From Cycas panzhihuaensis (Eukaryota > Plantae > Cycadophyta): a DNA stretch of 64,000 nucleotides. The notes beneath the pieces are model-generated. The model saw only the letters and a list, made by a program, of their open reading frames with translations. It was not told where the DNA came from and searched no databases. Position numbers and translations under genes: made by a program. The DNA is taken from contig CM041465.1 in the NCBI GenBank assembly GCA_023213395.1, forward strand, positions 154,449,741 to 154,513,740, in the 5' to 3' direction. Below, one piece after another: positions 52,324 through 64,000 of the stretch (its first letter is position 1; every line of letters starts with the position of its first letter).

Positions 52324-55300
52324 TTATCCTACTCAAGACATGGGTATTTACCTTGTTGGAGTGTATTCTTATTTGAAAAATACTGCAAGTGGTCTTAAAA
52401 TCTTGGCCCACCATGACCAACATCATTACATTATAACTTTGATTCAATTGTTGGATCAAATTAGGGCTAGTGTAACCCCCCTCCTATTTGTAGACTCTAA
52501 TTTTCCCCTGTTGCCATTAGCATATCAATCTATATAGATGCCATAATATGATTGGTAAGGGGTTCTTCCAAGGCTAGCATATATTCTCCATATAGACCAT
52601 TTCATGGTGGGTGTATCTATTTCACCTGTGCTTGTTCACTTTTCATGGCATACAACCATCTTCATATAGTAGTCAATGGAGATAATTATCACTCTATTTG
52701 TGTGTAAAATAATCATGCAAAAGGTTTACACAACAACTATCTTTCCTCAAGGCAAGATTTCAGAGAAACAATTTGGTAATTGGCACCAATTACATCCTTA
52801 TCAACTAGATCTTTCATAGAGCAAACCCTACCTATGGCTACTTCACATATAAAAGTAAAGAAAAGATGTTACCTGACAGTAATTCTTGTATCAGTTATGG
52901 TCATGGCTAAGCACATCTCGCAATAATGGTATCATCTACAAGCATAATCACTAATTGGAAAATGACTCTATGGAGCCACCTCCACACTCTTAAATAAAAT
53001 GGAAGCCCTATAAAATGATGAACTTGACAAGTGACATTCTCTGATACCATGTTGAAATATATAAAGAGATCATCCAATATACAAGAACCATAGAGCAAAT
53101 AACATGAATATAATATGATAGCATTAACTCAATATAAAAGGAAGTACATCACAATGTATGCATATCAATAATAATATCACAATGGAATCCATCTAGACTT
53201 AATATGTTCTCTAATCTACTTCAACCACTTATTTATATGTCATAGGTGGGAGAGAGTAGTATGACTTGTGTTACATGTGGGATAAATGACCTCTAATACA
53301 ACCAACCACATAACACCTATTTATTAACCAATAGCCTAATGACCACTTAGTTGCACATGTGTGCATTACCCCTAAATACATTGGGACATATACACATTAA
53401 ATATTATCCTCCAACATGATTAACTTAAATCTTGAAAAAGAATTGGTTCACAACTATTGAGTTAATGCACCTCCTTTCCATCTTATTGTAATCATGAAAA
53501 AGTAATCCTTTTGGATTACGATTGATTCACCCTTAGTAATGGTCACCTCTATATCTTTTTCAAAATCGATACCATGTGGCACCTTAATTATTTTGTCATA
53601 GGTCTATCTTTTGATAAGGATGTGATTATTCCTTAATTAGAAATTAAACTTGATTGATCACAGCTTTTATTAACTCTTCATGGGTTTACTTTTTAATGAT
53701 GGAAACCACTACCACCTTATGTTTTCCATCAATTTTTTTCTTTTTTTTTAATTATCTCATTGTGTATGGCTTCAACCTACTACTATTCACAACCTTCAGA
53801 AGAATTTTACCATCAAGTTGTATGAGTTGGACTACCCCATTCTTGTCAATGTGAATTACCTTATATGGCCCTAACTAGCATAATCTTAACTTACCTACTT
53901 TTGTCCAAACTTTACTATTATACATCAGCACCAAGTCATCTTCAAGAAATTTTGGTACTTATAGGTGTCGATCATTCTAAGTTTTTTGTTATTATTTTTT
54001 TATTTTCAATTCCTATAGTGCTTGTGTCCTTTCATCTAGTTTTAGTAGCTCCACAATCCTCTCATTCCATGAATCTTATTCATTCATTCATAGCTAGAGA
54101 GCTACTAAAAATTTTTCTACTTGAAATTCTAATAGAAGTACCACTTCTAAACTATAAATGAAGTATTGTTTCTAAATTCTAAACCAATTGAAGAGGTATT
54201 TTCTTATGTAGTTGTTTAACCATTGTTTGATCCAGTAAAAGGATAGAATGTGGTCATTTTGGCCAATTCATTCTTCCTTTATTACAGATCTTTGATAGAA
54301 TTATCTTTAAAATTTTATTGGTATTCTCTACCTAACCATTAGCTCTAGGATAATAGGGAGAAGATTGATAATGTTGGATCATGAATTCATTAATTAAATG
54401 CTTTATGGTACTACTTAAAAAACTACCACCCTAATATAATACTAATTTTAATGGACAACCAAAATAGACAATGATACTTTTATACAAAAATTCTATGGTA
54501 CTAATAGTATCATACTACCTAAGAGGTCTAACTTCTATCCATTTAGTGAAGAAATCAGTAGCTAGTAATATGTATCTAGCATTTGTTCATGTTTCTAGGG
54601 GGATTATTGGTCCAATGAAATCCAAACCCCATTTCTCAAAGGATGTTTATGCCAAAATAAGATGTAAGGGCATAAAATGATATTTTCCAAGCTTACCCAT
54701 TTACTAACAAACATCGCAACTCTTTAGCCATTTTTTAGTATCACTAAATATTTATGGCTACCAAAATCCTACTAATAAAAATTTTTGAACTGTGGGTTCC
54801 ATACCTTGATGCTTGGCCATGACTCCTTCATGAGCTTCTCATAGAATGCCTTGTACTTCATGTTCTAGTATGTAATATCTTAGCACACCATCTGAAGTAA
54901 GCTTGTATAACATTCTATGTATTAATTAGAAGGGAAAAGTTTTACAAATAAAACTTGGGATTTCCACTCATTCTAATCATCTTGGTGTTTGTTTGGTATC
55001 CAAGTACTCTATAATCCCCTCATATCATTTTCGTATGGCCTCCATAAAAAATAATTGAGCATCAGAGATGTCATTTAGTACTCCTATAGCTAATTCCCCA
55101 TCCACTTTTATTGATAATACATTAGGTACAATATATTTCTCTTCTTTCTTAACCATAATTTTAAAATTAAACTCTTGAAACAACATCAGTCATCTATTGA
55201 TCCTAACCTGTATAATGGGTTTATTTATTAAATACTTTAAAGCTTAGTAATGTACATAGAAAATAAACAAGTTGGTTAATAAATAATACCTAAATTTTTC

Positions 55301-57955
55301 TAAGGCATAAACCATACCCAAGCCTTTTCATTTAGTAACTAAGTAATTTTACTTGGCATGCGTCAACTTCCTGCTAGCGAAATGGATAGGAAAGTCTATA
55401 TTACTATCACCTAGTTGAGTTAAAATATATCTAATTGTAATCAATGAAGTATCAACATACACAATAAATGGTCGGTCCTAATCTAGAAATCTTAAAATAT
55501 GAGCTTTTATGATCTTCTTCTTTAATAAATCAAATGCTAATTATTGTCGCAGTTCCCATTATTAGACAATTTTCTTCTCAAGTAAATTCTCTAAAGGGTT
55601 TGCAATATGTGCATATCCCTTAATGAATTTTTGATAATAACTTGTCATATTAAGAAAAGATTTTACCTGCTTCATTATCTTTGGTGTAAGGAAATTTAAG
55701 ATAATTGTTACTATACCTAGATTTGTTTGTAGTCCATCCTTGCTCACAAAATACCCCAAAAGAGATCTAAATGAAACCAAAAATATACATTTCACTAGAT
55801 TCAAGCCGAGTTTACTTTTTCAATACATTTTCAATATTAATCATAAGTTCACCAAGTGTTCCTTTAATAATGAATAAAGTATCCAGTCATCTAAAACTAC
55901 TCAATTGACTTACCAATCACCTACCAAAATATATCCAAAATTATCCTTTGAAAAGTGGCTCATGCATTTGTCAATCCAAATAGTATAACTTTCTACGTGT
56001 AAGTCCCCCGCTCTATAATAAAAGTTATCTTCAACTAGTCTTATGCTACAATTCTTACTTGATTATATTTGCTAAAACCATCTATGAACAAATATACTTT
56101 ATCTCCATCTAACTTTTTAAGAATATCTTATATGAATGGTATTGGAAATGGGTCTTTCTTTGTTGCTTTATTGATGGCTCTATAATCTATATAGACACAA
56201 AGTTTTCTATTCTTTTTGGGTACTACCACTACTGGCCTCACCCATTCACTAGTTTCAAATTAAAAAATATAGCTAACTTTTAATAGTTTGTCTAATTCAA
56301 CTTTAGCTTTTCCTTATATTTTGGATTCATCTGATAGGGGTATTGTTGTATAGGCTTTGCTCCTTCCATCAATTCAATTCGATGTTCTCCTAATTTTGGC
56401 GGTATCCCTTTTAAATCTTAATAAGACCAAGTGAAAACATCTGTATATTCTAAAAATAGAATTATAGCTTACTGAACATTGTTCTTATCCTAACAATCTC
56501 CCATCAAGATCATCTGTGGGTTTTCTTCCAGGCCTAAGTTTATCTGTTGCATTTTTTATTATTTATTCTACACTCTTCTATCATCTTCATTCAATCTATA
56601 TGTTGGTGTTTAATTGACTACTCTGCTTCCATATTCCATACTATAATATTCATTAGGAAACTTGTGATCATTATCTACTACTTTAATTTGATTACAATTA
56701 TGTTCAACCTTGATCCTAGAGGCACTCAACATTTCTAAAACTCGTAAGTAATGGTTATGGTATGTAAAAGTTTTAAAATTTTCCTTATTGAGTAGATCCC
56801 AATTTGTCAACTACATTTTTTCACACTCATTATATTGAAAGCTCAAGATTCCCTCAAGTATTTGTTCCCATCTTTGCACCCATTCACCTTTTGGCACTTA
56901 CTTTCTTTTTCAAATTTGTTCACAATTCTTTATATCCATTGTGCGATTGTCATTATGTCAAAATGTCAGCAATTCATTATCTTGTTTTTAAAACATTAAT
57001 AAAAACTTTTTTCATAATTCATTCTATGATTTAGAATTACTACTATAAATAGAAAACCATATGGTAGCTTGGCCTTTAAAAGACAATGGGAATAACAAGT
57101 AACAAAAATCTTAATGCTAATTATTATTCATTAACAATCGAGTATAATACTTTATATGATTATTTTCCTGATTTGGTTAACTCTAAAATTTATTTCTTTT
57201 TGTGAAACTTTCTTTCAAGTTCTTTACAATTTCTTCTGTTTGAAGATTCACTACTTCATAATTTGAATTTACTTGATCTTTTAATTGTAAACGGTCCTTG
57301 CATACTTCAAGTTTATAGCAAGGAGCAGATTCTATTTCACCCTAGGCATTTTGCGACTAATTCATCATATATGCCAATGATGCACTGCTTGGTATGGTTA
57401 GTTGGAGTTGATATGTACTTTTTGAACATGGGCTTATAGTGGGTTTTGATCTCATAATTTTGGACAATGCTCATTCTTCATCTATTATTTTCTCAATACG
57501 AGATACGTCTAAACATAATGACAGGGTCACAACTTTATTTCTTTCTTTTAATGTAAATGTGAATTCTCCCCAGTCTTGGATATCCTTTGTGGCTAATAGT
57601 CATGGTTTGCTCAACAATGCTAGATAGGTTCTCTTTTCATTATATATTTATACAATGACAAAGTCCAACAAGCTAGTGATTCTTATAACTGTGGTTGGTA
57701 CATTCATCAACATTCTCATTCATCTAACCTACAATTAATTGGCTAATCTTTTTGAATAATCTAGGGCAACCATTTTTAGCCTTCTTAATTCTATCCAAGA
57801 AAATTTAATAAGCACATTAACTCCTTATCCCTTGTCAACAATTATTTTAGATAGCATCATCCTAAAAATAACCATTAGCACCCTCAGATCAACCTCTTTT
57901 TCCTTAACAACTCTCATCAGAGGATTTTCTATCTAGTCTAAGACCAATTGTTAAA

Positions 57956-60900
57956 AGTTAGAAAACACAACTGAAGCAAACAAGGTTGACAGAATCTTTC
58001 ACATCAGGCAGATAACAAGCAGAAGTAGATCGCATGGGACACCATACTACCATGGAAAACCCTTATGGGTGAAAACCCACAAATGAATAATAATTACATT
58101 ATGACAAAATAATGATGCAATAAAGGTGGACTTTGATCTATATTTATAGATCTAAAGTGCCAAATATAAGTATAAATACATCCATTACGTCACCACAATT
58201 GAGACTATTCCTCCATATAATTAGGCATATAAATAGGAGGCCCACTTTACATTAGTTGGTATGGTCACATATTTTAAAATCCCCTCTTAATATAAATATG
58301 GGGCAATAAGGATTATCATTGGGAATAAATCCCCTCTCAAGGATAACCTTACTCAACCTAATATGCACGAACGTTGATGTAGCAATCATCACTCGAATGT
58401 AATGGTGTCATGCCTTGTATGTGCTCAATTCTTTAGAAATACTCAAGTAGAGTTGTAACCATACAACTCTCTCTACACTTGACACTTTGTCCATTCAACT
58501 TAGCCATATTCCTTTCACTAAACCAAGAGGATAAGCCACTTAAGCCATGTGAATCGACTCTTCAAGTCTTCATTAAGGAACATTGATATGATATGATATG
58601 GTATGATACCCAACTAACTGAAGCTGCAGAAGTAAGGATCAAATAGACCAATGAACATAGAGACTGGTGCTTAATATCTCATCATACCTTAACCCTTCTC
58701 CCTACTATGGATCACCTGCACAACAAGTCTTTAAAAACTTACAAACCAACCAGGTTCTTTCTTTAACATTGCACTCCATCATGAATCTGTACTCACTGGA
58801 ATGTCAGTATCTATCGTAAGTTTTGACTAGCATGCTAATCCATGATCTTCCATCATCTTGTAGGTCTTCAACTATCAATAAAATATAGGGTTGCAATCCA
58901 TGTCACTTCATCTCACAACTCCTCATCATCAATCTGTCACTAAATCCCACTTCTGTCTAAAGCACAATGTTAGGTAAACAAACCTCCACACCTATTGAAT
59001 AATGTCATAGACAAGTGAAGTAATGAAGAATAAAACCTATAACCAAATAACACTTAGCATGATACGTCAACAACTCTATAATATCTAGACTGATATTTCC
59101 CTTACAGATCACATAGTTTGTAAGCTAAATAACCCATAGACTTCAAATGCTTGCAATCCTCCTACTGCAATTTTCATCTAAGATGTGTGTACTCCAATGC
59201 ACTAAGGGAAATAAATGGAAGGCTTCTGACTTGGTCTAAACATAATTTATGAGGGGAAAATATGCCACGAACAGTCACAACAAGGGATCCCATACTTGTC
59301 CACTACGGCTTATACCAACAAACCATGGGAAGCAAACCATAACATGCACCAACCTCACCATCTGCATCATGATATTCACCTACAATGCAACTTGAAAGGC
59401 CAACTATACATACCATGAAAAAGGCATAACTGATTTTAAGACTTCTCATCTTAGACCTTTCAATTCACACTTAAATTTTATCAAACAGACTATCTTGATT
59501 CCACATCAAACTTGTTCAGATATGCACCCATATTGAACTAGCATTAAACTAGGCCACAAACCTCATGCTAATAGTCCAACTAGCCAAGTATAATGGTCCA
59601 TCACAAATGAGAATCATACAAGTAAATTTTGAACTTCATCACCTCATGTACATCTGATGTAACTGAACTTAAATGTGATTATAAATAAATCACACTTATT
59701 TCACTAAATAATCACATAAATCACAAATTTTATTAACTTTGTGTAATGATCTATGCCATACTCAAAATAGTAACAGAGTTTGTAATAAGTTGTAATTTAG
59801 GTATCTCAAACATGCTCTTCTTTTTCTTCTTGCCCAATCTTTCCCATCATCACCCTCAAACTCACCCTTAAAACAAAACCAAATCTCGTCTTAAATACTC
59901 GCTTAATATTACCCAAACACTCTCTTACTCTCACCTTTAAAACATGCACACTTAACTTGCCATGTAACTTACATGCAACAAGTCTACCTTTGCCTCATCT
60001 TGCCCATCAAACTTGCCTAATCTTGCCATGTAATACATATGAAATAAGTTTATTATCTCATCCATCTTTACCCATAAACTTTCCCATGTAAAATATATAT
60101 AAGAGAGTATCAATTTGCCTTATTAGCTCTCTTTTGCAACCACATGCTAGAAGAGCACTCAATTACCAGTATGCCTCATAGCCACCACAATATAACATCA
60201 CCTCAAAAATCACTAAATAGTCACCATTTATATAACCATCACCATACAACACCTCATAATACTATTATATGTACACCACTTTAATCATTCAATCAGGGAA
60301 CCTGCTTAAAGTAGAAACTAAATGATGAAAAAGCTTAATGGCAATGCAAAGATAGTGATGAAGCATTCAAACAACAACTATATGAAGTAAATCAAAGGCA
60401 CAAATATAAAAGATAATTTATGCCATTGATCAATGTTAGGTAATGAAATAATATATCAAAATATTAATAAAGTCACAAATCATTCTCTAGGTTGACTTTA
60501 TAAGATCGCGGAGAAACGATATATAAAAATGATGGCTGATTATTGAATAATAAATGGGTAAACTACAAAAATCAAATGTCAAATAATAATATATATTTGA
60601 AGTGCTGGGCGATTAAAGTAGTCAGTGATCATCATATGAATGTATGTATGGATGATGCAGGGCAACAAAAAATAAAGCTGTGACATCAAATATATCACGA
60701 CTGCGAGGATAACAATCACACAAATAAACAGTTGAAGACAAATATGTTCACACGCATGAAATTTATCATCCACGCAAAGACAACAAATATAGGCAAATAT
60801 TTTAATATGAGCAACACTAAAATATATCACGGTGAGCAACTTCATTTTATGACACGAACATCATCATAATAATCAACAACTAGATGGTTGCGCAGACCAC

Positions 60901-62216
60901 ATTTAGGGGCAGCTCTCAAAGAGAATCAATGTAGATATAGTTATGTGGACAAGTGATAAAACACAGATGAAAGTTGCATATATTCTGAACATCAAATGTA
61001 AATTGAATAAATTACATCGACAATAATCAACATGGGTGATAGATGACTCTATAATAAGCACACAGACATTGATAGATATATGTAATGGACCAATAATAAA
61101 TAGGTGAACATGGGCCATAACATAATATACACGTAGGATGGCATGAATTACTTATGCAAATGGCCAATACAAATACATATATCAACAATCAAATCATATA
61201 TCACAAATATATTTACAGTTGAATATATTCAACGGGCAAAAATATTATTACATGGCCAACATATTTATCAACCACAATGGGTGATCTAATCACAACTATA
61301 AATATATGTGATTCATATATAATTCTAACTAGTGAACATAATTATATCATGCCAAGGCAGAAGATATCATACAACCAACATAAGTATTAACACACAGAGG
61401 TGACGTAGTGTTAAATAAAATATAGTTTCTAAAAATATTAGATGGGTAGATATTATTTATCAAACCCTAAATTTATGTTGAGCATACCTTTGTTTAGTTG
61501 ACCATAATATTATTTTCATGGTACTGCAACAACTCACTAGGGTTTCTGCACTCTCCCACTAGCAACAAGGGGCTAGCAATCAACTCTATAGTATCCAAAT
61601 TCAGCTGCAATATCAAATAGGGATCTGGCACCTTCAGCAGGCTCAAACGACACTCCCATGGATGGAAACAGAGTCAACACTAATCCATACACCTCCATGT
61701 AGCTCAGAATACCTGTAAACAATGGATAGAAGGCTCCAGGGATCCTTAATGACCATCTGCACTACCATGGCTATTCTATAGGGTTATTAGGAATGCCAAT
61801 CTGCTAAGGGCAAGCCAGCATGACTTGGCACCATTGATTGGACTACCGACAATGTTCACCTACCTGTGAATGACCTACATGCTCTAATACCATGTTAGAA
61901 ATTACAACTAAAGTAAACAAGGTTGACAGGATCTTTTACATAAAGTAGATAGTAAGCAGAAGCAGATTGCACAGGACACCATATTATCGTGAGAAACCCT
62001 TGTGGGTGAAAACCCACAAATAAATAATAATTACATTATGATAAAATGATGATGCAACAAAGATGGACTTTGATCCATATTTATAGATCTAAGGTGTCAA
62101 ATATAAGTACAAATACATCCATTAGGTTACCATAATTAAGACTATTCCTCTACATAATTAGGCACATAAATAGGAGGCCCACTTTACATTAGGTGGTATG
62201 GTCACATATTTTAACA
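57956..62216 (-). mobile_element. Element K: non-autonomous Copia-derived LTR element
   Basis: 324-bp LTRs 57956-58279 and 61893-62216; TSD TTAAA/TTGAA (one transition); PBS revcomp GCTCTAATACCA 61881-61892; PPT revcomp TCCCCTCTTAA. Internal gag/pol is barely recognisable. Confidence 0.92.
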
Positions 62217-64000
62217 TTGAAAATAACTTGCCTCCCACCATTAAATATAGTGGCAATAAGGATTAAGACTCCTAATTCAATTAATAAATCCTTAACCATT
62301 TGAAGCCTTTGCCATGGATTCATACCTTCTTTTGGTAAAAATGTTTTATAAGCTTCTCGTCACTTATATGTTTGTCCCTTAAATCATCTTTTATGATGGA
62401 ATTCTTCTTGCTAAGCTTTGCCCATTGCATCTTGTAGAATCTTGACAACTTCCCAAAGTCTTTGTTTTTCTATTACCAAATTTAAAAAAGTGTCTTAAAC
62501 AAGTATTGAAGTTACTTTCCCACTTCGTGTTTGCAATTGAAGAGGCACCTCCTTATCTGGAATAATCACGACTAAATTAGAATTCGGTGATTTATTTTTA
62601 AGGCAATTTATCCATTCATGGTCCATCGATCTATATTCTTCATAAATGAATCCGCCACCTTTTTTCTCTAATGGGTAGTCTGATCTAACATACCCCCATC
62701 TTTGGCATAAGAAATGATGGATTAGCTTCATATTTCCTTTATACTATTTTTCTAATATCTTTGTCTTTTGTAAGGATACATTCTGGACATTAATTTTAGG
62801 TCAAGAAAAATATTCCCACATATTATGGTTAGTTATTCTATAATATTCATACCACGCCGCTACTTTATCATGTTTATTTCTTAGATGACCTTGTTGATTA
62901 TAAGGTGGGGGGCACCACATATTATCTCACAACTTTTCTAGATATAACCTAGTTAACTTTGCATAGAATTTTTCTATTTCTTAATTCTAGTACATCTTAG
63001 TAGGTATTAATACTAACAATTATTGTCTTAATACTTCTACCTACTTTTTTAGTGCTTCAATCTGTAGATTTGTTCCTATCTAGGGTATTTGACTGTACAT
63101 TCCCTATGTATGTACTACTAATGATGGTTAAGGAAAAGATGGACCTATTTTTCCCATTCATTGAATTACCTATTGAGAGTATATAGGTTTCATTCGATTC
63201 TCAAACTTTAGGGCTAACTCACATACTTGTTTATAGTTATTGACTAGGTGCAACATAACTTTATCCCTTAATTATAGGATTAAGCCTTGAGTAAACTATT
63301 TCATCGCCAACATTGGGTTAATTATCATTATAGATTATATTTTATTCATTAGTATCCTTATTCAACCATCAAAATCATTTACACTCTCTAAGATATTACT
63401 TTGTTTCTTCTAAGATTTGAAATATGGCCATGGGATCTCTTAATTTGTAGAATTAATCCAAAAATTAATCTTGTAATCTCTCCCATGATAAATTCTATTC
63501 TATGACATACTAGAACCATGTAATTACTACTCCTTGCAATGTGGAAAAAAGTCAAGCTTTTACTTCCTTTGGGTCTATAACTTCCTATATTTTAGCATAT
63601 TTTTTAATAATATTAAATGGTCCCTTAGCTATATGGATCTTTCAAATTATATACTTAAAAAACATAAATCATTCTATACAATAATACAAGGTCTGATCAG
63701 TCCTAATCTTCTCCCTTGACCTATTCCACTTAATGGTTGATTACCACTTCCTCTTGCATTGGTAAAAAGTGATTGATTTAATGATAGGCCTCCACCTCTC
63801 GAGTTCTCACCTGATGGGGGGCTTCTACCTTTTGCCCTCCCTCTAGAACTTACCATTAGTGACTTAAATAGAGGATCTAAAATGTGACTTAAAGTGGTTT
63901 TGAATTCTAACTAATGATGATTCCACTCCTTATCTATTGTACTATATAATTCTAATTCAATTAAACTATTTTTACCTTCTTAAGGTGGTAAATCTTTAAC

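Larger units (their letters stand above)
48952..53416 (-). mobile_element. Element J: non-autonomous Gag-only (TR-GAG-like) LTR retrotransposon carrying captured host cDNA
   Basis: 367-bp LTRs 48952-49318 and 53050-53416 (about 33 mismatches by hand count); TSD TGATT on both sides; PBS revcomp CTCTGATACCA abutting 53050; PPT revcomp CCTCCCTATAAT; no pol. Confidence 0.95.
47060..64000 (-). mobile_element. Element I: Gypsy non-chromovirus with an extra 3' ORF, host of J and K; LTRs not visible
   Basis: Gag from ~63856, PR ~57600-57900, RT (DPFPIPFI; NLVKCIFLV) 55500-56500, RH 55150-55500, INT (GLDFIGPII; ATDFFTKWIE; YYPRANG) 53760-54950, extra ORF 47090-48913. Confidence 0.88.

Noticed and set aside
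53470-53600. dUTPase-like look of the short frame after integrase
   Set aside because: Only a vague resemblance to motif 1; the other dUTPase motifs are absent.
1746-63719. Many short hydrophobic ORFs in the track (e.g. 1746-2063, 23310-23588, 47952-48170, 53865-54161, 60579-60845)
   Set aside because: They are antisense or off-frame shadows of TE coding regions or of strand-skewed repeats, not real genes.

Overview
AT-rich (about 30% GC by eye), gene-free heterochromatic DNA from a land plant, most likely a gymnosperm-type genome (inferred from element types and captured gene fragments). It is almost entirely a stack of nested, decayed retroelements with strong C>T/G>A (CG, CHG and CHH) erosion. 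Left to right: (A) the 3' part of a + strand LTR element that carries a PPR-gene fragment, split by a full-length L1 LINE with RNase H (1801-8000, 12-bp TSD); (B) an old + strand Copia remnant; (C) a minus-strand Gypsy remnant hosting a complete Copia (D, 14061-21540) and a deleted LTR element with a doubled PBS (E, 22054-24271); a zone of very degraded fragments; (F) a minus-strand Gypsy with a 2.2-kb LTR, a solo LTR (G) in its integrase, and a 5'-truncated Copia (H, 40535-~47050); (I) a minus-strand Gypsy with an extra env-like ORF that hosts two non-autonomous LTR elements (J, 48952-53416; K, 57956-62216). Main points of interest: element J carries an intron-less antisense copy of the 3' part of an LHW-family bHLH gene next to a truncated Gag fused to a long acidic tail. 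Copia D and H share a conserved ~260-bp non-coding element just upstream of gag, and both have Q/N-rich Gag linkers; in H this is a Sup35-like PQQGGPY repeat hidden under 45 C>T stop codons. All seven resolvable nested insertions are co-oriented with their hosts. No intact host gene, RNA gene or CRISPR array is present.
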